Below, one piece after another: positions 56,761-64,000 of a stretch of DNA of 64,000 bases (position 1 is the first letter of the stretch; each line of letters opens with the position of its first letter). Under the pieces are notes generated by a model. That model saw only the letters and a program-made list of their open reading frames with translations, ran no database searches and had not been told where the DNA came from. Source of the DNA: a virus. Both the position numbers and the translations under genes were made by a program. Location: positions 6,912-70,911 of the IMG/VR virus record IMGVR_UViG_3300032326_002475; one strand, written 5' to 3'.

Positions 56761-57581
56761 TTTATAAACTTATCGTATTTAAATCTTGGATTGCCTGGAT
56801 AATCCTGATCCCGCCACCAAGTTTCCTCTTTATATTTTTCAATTACTTCAGAGAATAATATTCTCCAGTCAATAAGCTCAAATCCTGATATATAAGGGGA
56901 TCTTGATATTGATTTTTGCACTATGTCATATAAGAGCTTTTTCTCATCAGAAGTTCCATTTGAAAGCTTTGTAAGAAATAATCTTGTCCCATCAACTAAA
57001 TCACTTAGCGGAACATCCCTAAAGTTTTTATAGTATGTACATGCAACAGGAATTCCATATTTCCCATAAATTTCTTTAGATCTTCCGTTAACTGCTAAAG
57101 CTTCAATTTCTGAAAAAATCTCAATTTGTGTATTTACAGAGCTAGAGATAATTACGTCTTGATAATATCTATTCAAAAAATGAGGTAGTTCCATAAGTAA
57201 GAAATGTCCAGATTTTTTCTGAATAATTTCTTTGTTTAAGAAACACCAGTCAATAAACTTTTTTGTCCACTCATTTTTGTTGAGTAAATTATCATCCATA
57301 AACTCACAGATAATATTAATAATTTTATTATCTGAAGTATATGTAGTCTTATAAGCACCCTTGAAAACTGCCTTATAATTTTCAGCAAAGTAATCTACAA
57401 AGTGTCTAGCAGACCAATTAGAAACTTCTTCTGGCAATTCTTTAGTTTCTTTGATAGCTAGTGGATTTTTTCTTTGTCTCTTGTTGGCAGCAAAAGGATT
57501 GGTAAGTTCACTCTGCAAAGGAACATTTTTCATGTAGATAGACCTTACAAAATCATATGTTGGATCATTAATCTTTGTCAT
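56757..57581 (-). CDS. Hypothetical protein in the replication module
   Basis: 274-aa ORF overlapping its neighbours. Confidence 0.55.
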   Translation of the reverse strand: MTKINDPTYDFVRSIYMKNVPLQSELTNPFAANKRQRKNPLAIKETKELPEEVSNWSARHFVDYFAENYKAVFKGAYKTTYTSDNKIINIICEFMDDNLLNKNEWTKKFIDWCFLNKEIIQKKSGHFLLMELPHFLNRYYQDVIISSSVNTQIEIFSEIEALAVNGRSKEIYGKYGIPVACTYYKNFRDVPLSDLVDGTRLFLTKLSNGTSDEKKLLYDIVQKSISRSPYISGFELIDWRILFSEVIEKYKEETWWRDQDYPGNPRFKYDKFIK

Positions 57582-58278
57582 ATATAGATTTCAATTCTTC
57601 GTATGATACAGGCCTTACTCTAGCTACACCAGCATCATCGTCTCTGTCTCTGCTAACTAAAAAGTTTTTATTTGAAATTTTAGCAAATTCAACTGGCCTA
57701 TGACTAATAAACATAAATTGTGATTCGGAATCTTTTATGTAATTGCCCAAAAACGATATGAGTTGATCAAGCTTATCATCTGCTGAAAGTCCAGAAAGAG
57801 ACTCATCAAGTGCTATCATTCCTCTAAATTGCTTGTATTCAATAACAGCCAATCTGATAAGCATACTAACTGTTTCACACAATCCCCCTCCACAGCTTGT
57901 AAGGGGAAATTCACAAAATTGCCCCATATGTAAGCATCCAATAGTAGGAGTTATAGTGTAGTTGTAATTTTGCTCTCCAACATCTTTAGTGTTATAATCT
58001 TTCATTTTGAACATAAAAGCATAGTCTTCACCATAGATTTGTTTGATACCCAAAGTGACAATTGCTTCTATAGCTTCAATTGCTTTTTTACGAGTGTCTG
58101 CAGCCTTAAGTTTTAAGAAGACATGAGCATGTTTATGATTACTCTTGTCTTCTTCAAGATTTGCTATGTCTTCTGTTATCTGATCTATTTGTAAAACTAA
58201 AGTTTTATGTTGAGTTTCTTCTATGATAATCTTTTCTCTTAAGTCTTCATAGGTTGATTCAAGTTCTGCTATAGTCAT
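57568..58278 (-). CDS. SbcC/Rad50 C-terminal half (signature, Walker B, H-loop)
   Basis: Coiled coil, then SCGGG, IALDESLSGLS, FISH. Confidence 0.8.
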   Translation of the reverse strand: MTIAELESTYEDLREKIIIEETQHKTLVLQIDQITEDIANLEEDKSNHKHAHVFLKLKAADTRKKAIEAIEAIVTLGIKQIYGEDYAFMFKMKDYNTKDVGEQNYNYTITPTIGCLHMGQFCEFPLTSCGGGLCETVSMLIRLAVIEYKQFRGMIALDESLSGLSADDKLDQLISFLGNYIKDSESQFMFISHRPVEFAKISNKNFLVSRDRDDDAGVARVRPVSYEELKSIYDKD

Positions 58279-58556
58279 GCATTAGTACTCACTTTTGCCA
58301 TTTCTTTAAAAGCATTATATTTTTCAACAGCAGCATCTAAAAGATTTGTAAGATTCTCTTCATCAGTCTCTAAATTTTCAGCTAATTCTTCAATAGTACA
58401 ATCAAATTTTTCAGAGCAATTTTGTTGTATTTCTGCTATTTCTTGCTTGTAATTAGCAATCTGCTCTTCTAACACTGCAATAGCGCCTTCTGACTTATTT
58501 TTAGCATTAATAAGATTATCTATTTTCTTCTGCATCTCTGCAAAATCTACACTCAT
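58275..58556 (-). CDS. Small coiled-coil protein of the split SbcCD locus
   Basis: Heptad-rich, 93 aa. Confidence 0.6.
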   Translation of the reverse strand: MSVDFAEMQKKIDNLINAKNKSEGAIAVLEEQIANYKQEIAEIQQNCSEKFDCTIEELAENLETDEENLTNLLDAAVEKYNAFKEMAKVSTNA

Positions 58557-58559
58557 TAT

Positions 58560-59549
58560 TTATCCTTCCTTTTCATTAATTTCTGTAATGTTTTTCTTGA
58601 CAATTTCCCAGACTTTATCAGATAGATTCGCTTCTTTGCAAGCATGTTCAAGAGCTTTAATTTTGTCTTGTAGATTAGTGAATGCCCAGCTTTCAATTCT
58701 GATGCTAGCAATTTTTTCTTTTGTTTGTTGAGAATAAGACTTTGCTTGCTTAGCTACTGCGATTTCATTCATCTTAAAAACTTCTTCAGATGGTTTTGCA
58801 GATTTTAAGTAATAGTATTTTTTCTCATAAATGTCTCCATCTAAAGTGTAAGACAAGATAAGAATCTTTATTTTCTTTTTGAAGTTGGAATCATTTGCTG
58901 ATCTTCTTCCTGTTGCTCCTGGATTGATAAAGATCTTTCCATCAGCTCTTGTTTGTTCCATATCACCATGTAAGTGTCCACAAATAATCATTTTAGTATT
59001 ATCGTGTAAAGGGGTGTTTTCAAAAAGATAAACATCCTTATTAAATGGATCTGGTTTAGTAGACATTGAAGAGTGAGCAGCCCAAATCATAGCTGGATAT
59101 TTAGCAAAATAGCCTTCTTGAGCCTCTTCATCAATAGTCCTATGAAAGTGGCCAAATTGTATTCCAAATTCTGGTTCATAGTCTTTTTTGATCAATAAGT
59201 TGCTTTGAATCAATGTTCCTAATGTAGTCTTGTTCAAATTACCCGTAGCATCTATATCGTGATTTCCAACAACAATATAAATGGGAAAAGACCAAGGAGT
59301 GTCATCATTTGCACTTCCCTTAAAAAGATCTATCATTCGATTTCTTAGCTTTGGGCCAACTTCATATCGATCAAATAAATCTCCAAGAATACAAACATAA
59401 TCTAGCTTATGTTTTTCAGCATATTGAAGGCACTCAGTCATTTTTAAGACTGTAGCATCCTCATAGCTATCTTTTCTATTTTTAGGTTGTAAATCATCAA
59501 TATGTGGATCTCCGATAAACATACCATTGATTTTTTTCATCACATTCAT
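58560..59549 (-). CDS. sbcD: SbcD/Mre11 metallophosphoesterase nuclease
   Basis: GDPH, LGDLFD, VGNHD, AH, GHLH, NPG. Confidence 0.88.
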   Translation of the reverse strand: MNVMKKINGMFIGDPHIDDLQPKNRKDSYEDATVLKMTECLQYAEKHKLDYVCILGDLFDRYEVGPKLRNRMIDLFKGSANDDTPWSFPIYIVVGNHDIDATGNLNKTTLGTLIQSNLLIKKDYEPEFGIQFGHFHRTIDEEAQEGYFAKYPAMIWAAHSSMSTKPDPFNKDVYLFENTPLHDNTKMIICGHLHGDMEQTRADGKIFINPGATGRRSANDSNFKKKIKILILSYTLDGDIYEKKYYYLKSAKPSEEVFKMNEIAVAKQAKSYSQQTKEKIASIRIESWAFTNLQDKIKALEHACKEANLSDKVWEIVKKNITEINEKEG

Positions 59550-59552
59550 TTT

Positions 59553-60692
59553 TTATCTCTTCCCGCAAGTTGGACAAGCTGGATATTCGACCATAATTTC
59601 ATAATATTTATCAAGCTCAATATTTATAGCAATAATCTTATCGTTTTCATCATTTATTTTTATTTGAGTAGATTGAATTTGCTTATTGATTTTTTCCACA
59701 CTGCTTAGATAGGATTTTTTTTCTAAACAGATATTTTTTAATATTTCAATTTCTTGCAGAGATGAAATAAATTCATCGCTCAAGAAGTTTTTGTGTAATT
59801 TTAGTAATTTACGAGTCTTGTTTAGTTTATGTGCAGTGTCGTTAAAATCATTGAACATTTTATTCTTGATTTTATATCCATCAAAAATATCAGAAATTTT
59901 ATTGACGATTTTGCTTACACTTTTAATAAATTTAGAATGATTGTCTTTCTCTTTGATTTTTTGCTTCAATAGAGTGTCTTTGTGATTGAAATCATTGATT
60001 AGCTTTTTTTTCTCTTTTATTTGTTGATAAAAAGCGTTATATTGATTGATTGCATTATGAAATTCTTCTAGCGCCAATTTCTTTTCTGCTAGATTTTCAT
60101 ATTGCTTTATTTCTTCTTCTAGATCCGACAAATCAGATTGTTTTGATTTAATATCTGATGAAAGCTTATTGATATCACTATTAATTACAGTAGCTGCTTT
60201 TTCTAAGTCATTGATATCAAGAATTTTAGATATCTCTCTTGGAATTTCATGTTTACTTAAATTAACAAGAAAAGCATCACTTTTTTGCAATGATAGTGAT
60301 AATGGTCCACTAGATGTAACAGGCTGATAACCAAGAAAGTCAACTACTTCTTGGTCTAATTTGTTTTTGAATTTTTCTGAAATCTGAAGGGGTTGTCCAT
60401 ACTCTTGAAATTCAATTCTGTTAATATCAGGCCCCTTGATTTTAGTTATCTTATCTCCATTGGTAAAAACAACTGTAATCTTGTAAAACTTAGCCCCTCG
60501 TCTTACATATTCATTATCAGTTTCATTCCAAAATATTGCATGTAAGGCTCTTGTAATTGCAGACTTGCCTGAATTAGAAGAGCCTGTGATAATATTCAAT
60601 CCATCAGCAAAATCAATTAGTGTGTCTTCATGATTTAGGAAATTGATGAGCTGTAAACTTTTAATTTTTCTTTCACGAGAGTTGTTTGTCAT
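59553..60692 (-). CDS. SbcC/Rad50 N-terminal half (Walker A, coiled coil, Zn hook)
   Basis: IKSLQLINFLNH, ITGSSNSGKSAI, C-terminal CPTCG. Confidence 0.85.
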   Translation of the reverse strand: MTNNSRERKIKSLQLINFLNHEDTLIDFADGLNIITGSSNSGKSAITRALHAIFWNETDNEYVRRGAKFYKITVVFTNGDKITKIKGPDINRIEFQEYGQPLQISEKFKNKLDQEVVDFLGYQPVTSSGPLSLSLQKSDAFLVNLSKHEIPREISKILDINDLEKAATVINSDINKLSSDIKSKQSDLSDLEEEIKQYENLAEKKLALEEFHNAINQYNAFYQQIKEKKKLINDFNHKDTLLKQKIKEKDNHSKFIKSVSKIVNKISDIFDGYKIKNKMFNDFNDTAHKLNKTRKLLKLHKNFLSDEFISSLQEIEILKNICLEKKSYLSSVEKINKQIQSTQIKINDENDKIIAINIELDKYYEIMVEYPACPTCGKR

Positions 60693-61177
60693 TTCAGAAG
60701 TATTGTAGATAACAAATCTGGAAAATGCAAATCAATAAAGTCGTTTTTTGCTCTCAATAGTTCTGAATTTACATCATATCTACTAGGAATGACTAATTTA
60801 TATAGCTCCGCACTATTTAGTTTTATCGGGCTGTTAGTCATTTCACAACATTTAGACGATCTTTTGCCATCATGTATTTTGTTGCAATGTAAACAAATGA
60901 AGTTACTTGATTTAAAATATGGAATAATAATACCAGCAGAGTTATCAAGATCATAATTTTTTATTTTGAGATATGTTTTATCTGAAAAATCTTTAAATGA
61001 TGAGCACACTTTTCTAGAAGTAATATTTTTATTTTCAATAAAAAGTGTATTTGGAATTTTTATTTCATATTTGGTTGAGAAAATGAACTTTGTGTCTGAT
61101 AATTGGGCAGGGCTAGCTATGCATGATACCATTTCATTATTTAAATTTATAAGTCTGCATAGCATAGGGAGGTTCAT
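60689..61177 (-). CDS. Hypothetical Cys-containing protein
   Basis: CLHC...CC. Confidence 0.5.
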   Translation of the reverse strand: MNLPMLCRLINLNNEMVSCIASPAQLSDTKFIFSTKYEIKIPNTLFIENKNITSRKVCSSFKDFSDKTYLKIKNYDLDNSAGIIIPYFKSSNFICLHCNKIHDGKRSSKCCEMTNSPIKLNSAELYKLVIPSRYDVNSELLRAKNDFIDLHFPDLLSTILLK

Positions 61178-61183
61178 AATAAG

Positions 61184-61381
61184 TTGAAAATAAGTATCGA
61201 CCGTGAATTATTACAGAATAAATTATACGAGATAAAAAAATATGTTGTTGAAGCTGGATTATTTTCTGATGATGGAAAAAAAGCTGAAGTTTTAGTTGAT
61301 GAGTTGATATTCTTAATTATGAATGCTCCTCAAGCTGAAAATAATGCTTCTTATCCAAAACCAAAGTTGAGGAGAGGATAA
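61184..61381 (+). CDS. Small hypothetical protein
   Basis: SD-like GGAGG upstream; coupled to the next ORF. Confidence 0.4.
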   Translation: MKISIDRELLQNKLYEIKKYVVEAGLFSDDGKKAEVLVDELIFLIMNAPQAENNASYPKPKLRRG

Positions 61382-61611
61382 TGACACATAGTAGATTGGA
61401 AGAATTGATATCTAATCCTGATATCACTAATCAAGAATTAGCAGAAATTTTAGGTGCTACACTTCTTTCAGTGTCAAAGCATGCTAAAGAAATTAAAATC
61501 ACTTTAAATGCAATAGATACTAAACTAGAAGTAATACAAAAAAAGTTAGATCTTCTTGAAGAAAAATCTAACTTTGGTTTTGGAATCATTATGGATGATG
61601 AGGAAGATTAA
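61381..61611 (+). CDS. Small HTH/coiled-coil protein
   Basis: NPDITNQELAEILG; SD GGAGAGGA. Confidence 0.5.
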   Translation: MTHSRLEELISNPDITNQELAEILGATLLSVSKHAKEIKITLNAIDTKLEVIQKKLDLLEEKSNFGFGIIMDDEED

Positions 61612-62105
61612 TCTTCCTCATCAAATTCAACAGTAAATGGCTGATCAGTCTTGTAACTTGCAAAAATGTTAGATGAAATCTGATACACTTCATTGCTGCC
61701 TGTAAATGGGCAAACAATCTCGTAATCTTTGTATTCAGTTTCCACATTTGTTTCTGAATTAACTTTAACTTTCGTGACTATCTTTGCTTTGACGCGAGTA
61801 GAATTAGGTCTAGATGTTTTTTCTGGAGCATTACCTTCAGTAGTGTCAAATTCACTACTAATAATTCCCAAAGATCTTTCGCCTTCTTCAGTTAGATCAT
61901 CATCATGCATGTCATCTAAAAGATCAATATCATCAATTGGAACTTCAATTTCATAAGCCTGTCCATCTTTTTCAATTGTAACAGTGTGATATTGAAGATT
62001 GTGAGAAGAGTTACTAATCTGAAGCAACTCTTCATTCAACTGCTCAGTAAGTTTTTGAGCATCCATTTCTGAAAGTATAATACCGGCAACTTTACGGTCT
62101 GACAT
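61608..62105 (-). CDS. Hypothetical acidic protein
   Basis: 165 aa; CPFTGS near the C-terminus. Confidence 0.55.
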   Translation of the reverse strand: MSDRKVAGIILSEMDAQKLTEQLNEELLQISNSSHNLQYHTVTIEKDGQAYEIEVPIDDIDLLDDMHDDDLTEEGERSLGIISSEFDTTEGNAPEKTSRPNSTRVKAKIVTKVKVNSETNVETEYKDYEIVCPFTGSNEVYQISSNIFASYKTDQPFTVEFDEED

Positions 62106-62389
62106 TACTTCATCCCCATTACTGAACTAAGTTGTGAAAGAGCAATTAGCTGACCAATAACAGAAATAATAATTCCAGCTGTATTGCCACTATTAGTCTT
62201 TTTAACTAATTCATCATTAGTATTGATAGAATTGTTCTTGACATTTGGTATTACTAAAAGCCAAACAATTCCAAGTAAAGATGATGCAAAAAACCAATTC
62301 CAAAATCCATAACCTTTACTTTCTGCAAACTTACCCATCAAAAATCCCAGACCTGCAGTGATTAAAATAAAAATCAAAAGTGCAAACAT
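62105..62389 (-). CDS. Small membrane protein
   Basis: Three hydrophobic segments; AESKGYGFWNWF. Confidence 0.65.
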   Translation of the reverse strand: MFALLIFILITAGLGFLMGKFAESKGYGFWNWFFASSLLGIVWLLVIPNVKNNSINTNDELVKKTNSGNTAGIIISVIGQLIALSQLSSVMGMK

Positions 62390-62399
62390 AGCAATCCTT

Positions 62400-63245
62400 T
62401 CAAGCTATATTTTTACCTGGAAGATCTATCAACTTGAAATTTAGTTGAATTGGAAAATTAAGGCCTCCTGTTGGTATAAAAGTAAAAGTTTCTGGCTTAT
62501 TCTTATCTACACTAATACAGATAGCATCATATTCTTTTTTGGCAGGTAAAAGCTTTGTCATAAATATTTTACCTCTATTTTGATAAACAAGTAATCCATC
62601 TCCGCCTCTTGGTGAAAATGAAAATCTTAATAAACCGTTTTTCTTTGGTGTAATTTTTATTGTTATATTTGAGCCATATTGACCAGCTACAGTGTTTTCA
62701 ATTCCAGACCCAAGCTTATAAGATACTTGTTTGTTCAAATCAAGATCATATGTAAAGTCAAATTTGTAAGCTGATTGGTATATGTCTAAGTTATCTAATT
62801 CTTGATTTGATTTTCCAAATGTACATAAAAGAGTGTCGCCCTTTTGAAAATCGCCTTCAAAAATACCTGAAATAGTTTCATCTGGAAGTAATAAAGTAGT
62901 GGCATTCAACTTTGCATCACTAGGTTTTGAAGTAAGAAAATTATAAACCGACCTTGCTCCTGAAAATTCTGGTCTTATGTTTGTACTAAATGATTTTTTA
63001 AAGTCATCAATAATGTATTTGCTTTTGAATGAAAAATTTTGTGAAGAATTAGTGCCGTTTTTAAAATGAACAAAATATCTTGCTTTTGTATCTTTTGTAA
63101 ATTGTTTTTTGTGTACGATGCCAGGTTTGATCAAAGTTTCTGGCATGTTCAGGTAAACAAATTGGTTTTGATTTGTTGCTATTGCTGAAATGTAAAAACT
63201 TAAAACCATTTTTGCAGTAAAAAGAAATTTAGATAGTAACGCCAT
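62400..63245 (-). CDS. Hypothetical, possibly exported, beta-rich protein
   Basis: Perfect SD AGGAGG; hydrophobic N-terminus; GQYG..SPRGG. Confidence 0.55.
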   Translation of the reverse strand: MALLSKFLFTAKMVLSFYISAIATNQNQFVYLNMPETLIKPGIVHKKQFTKDTKARYFVHFKNGTNSSQNFSFKSKYIIDDFKKSFSTNIRPEFSGARSVYNFLTSKPSDAKLNATTLLLPDETISGIFEGDFQKGDTLLCTFGKSNQELDNLDIYQSAYKFDFTYDLDLNKQVSYKLGSGIENTVAGQYGSNITIKITPKKNGLLRFSFSPRGGDGLLVYQNRGKIFMTKLLPAKKEYDAICISVDKNKPETFTFIPTGGLNFPIQLNFKLIDLPGKNIA

Positions 63246-63296
63246 TGTTATCTCCTCCTAAATAACACTAACATATAAGATGTATATTCCGTTAAA

Positions 63297-63324
63297 AGAG
63301 GATTGGAAACTTTAGGATAAGAAA
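63297..63324 (+). promoter_or_regulatory. Putative late promoter (SigH-like)
   Basis: AGAGGATTG-N12-TAAGAAA. Confidence 0.6.
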
Positions 63325-63356
63325 GTTTACATATATGTTGCATCAGGTAATTAATA

Positions 63357-64000
63357 ATGTTCAATCATAAAAAACATGTTTATTCAGTAGATCTAAGACA
63401 AGAAACTCTCAAGAAAATGTTTGGGACTACAAATCCAAGAGAATTAGCTACGTATATTTCAGAAAACATCGATCAAGAGCTGGGTGATGCTTTGATGAAT
63501 GGTGAAATTAGCGTTGATGATGTTTACAAAATGCTTGGAGATGTTTCCCCATCTGTGCCTTTTAAAGCTGGATATGAGTTTCTTGATGAGTACAGAGCAA
63601 ACATTAGTGATATGTTAGGCATGATTAGTAATATTGCTACTATGGCTGATCCTAGTGGGCTTTCAAGAGATCAAATTTCTGAAATGATTGTCCAAAAATT
63701 ATTGAGCAGAGTAAATGAAGTATTTGTTCCTAAACTAATAGAGCTCAATAAAGTTAAAGCAAGAAGTTTGTCTAAAATTCAAGGCTTAGAACTTTACACT
63801 GATCCTGGGCAACAAGAATCTATCAAGAATTTTATTCAAAGAGAAATCAAATCTAAAAAAGAAGAAGTTGTCAAATCTTTTATGCTCCTATTAAGAGAAG
63901 CTATAAGTTTAGGTGTTACTGAAGATCAAGTTATGATACTTGTAAGAAATACACTACCTAATGCTAAAAAAATGCTTCCCGCAATAGAAGGCGCACTTAA
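63357..64000 (+). CDS. Partial hypothetical protein running off the right edge
   Basis: Manual translation MFNHKKHVYSVDLRQETLKK... is open to the end of the window. Confidence 0.65.
   Translation, partial: MFNHKKHVYSVDLRQETLKKMFGTTNPRELATYISENIDQELGDALMNGEISVDDVYKMLGDVSPSVPFKAGYEFLDEYRANISDMLGMISNIATMADPSGLSRDQISEMIVQKLLSRVNEVFVPKLIELNKVKARSLSKIQGLELYTDPGQQESIKNFIQREIKSKKEEVVKSFMLLLREAISLGVTEDQVMILVRNTLPNAKKMLPAIEGAL

Noticed and set aside
1-64000. Genome-wide stop-codon reassignment
   Set aside because: Conserved genes are full length under code 11, and TAA, TAG and TGA all end genes at sensible positions. Only one suspicious TGA (18511) was found.
1-64000. CRISPR arrays, tRNA or rRNA genes
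   Set aside because: Intergenic gaps are short and I saw no repeat-spacer periodicity or cloverleaf. A tRNAscan/Infernal run would be needed to exclude them fully.

Overview
This window is a slice of a large, AT-rich tailed-phage (jumbo-type Caudoviricetes) genome. It is not a cellular chromosome. Almost all genes lie on the minus strand. From left to right it holds: (1) a sugar/methyltransferase cassette (1-3.2 kb); (2) a head morphogenesis module (3.2-24.9 kb) with a short HK97/encapsulin-like major capsid protein, a decoration-like protein, a 1378-aa prohead protease polyprotein, a portal fused to a DUF559/Vsr-like nuclease, several probable internal head proteins and the terminase; (3) a bacterial-style replication, transcription and nucleotide module (25-60.7 kb) with DnaE, beta clamp, gamma/tau, delta, DnaB, a DnaC-like loader, a split primase, RecA, RecJ, a split SbcC around SbcD, NrdAB, PurA, dUTPase, two clear sigma factors (one SigH-like), a third zinc-finger sigma-like protein and a SpoVS-like protein. 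A plus-strand island at 33.1-35.5 kb interrupts the third module. The most striking unexplained signal is an apparent protein address system. Five otherwise unrelated proteins begin with MWY(K/R)xA-like leaders, including all four genes of the island (GNAT and polyvalent-protein-type effectors). Two more proteins share a different N-terminal tag. Head proteins are rich in (K/R)-x-A-(S/Q/A) motifs resembling assemblin-type cleavage sites and share a repeated [ST]xExxL peptide. A SigH-like promoter motif (AGGt/a-www-N12-wwAGAA) precedes the head genes. All functional calls come from motif recognition by eye; no database searches were run.
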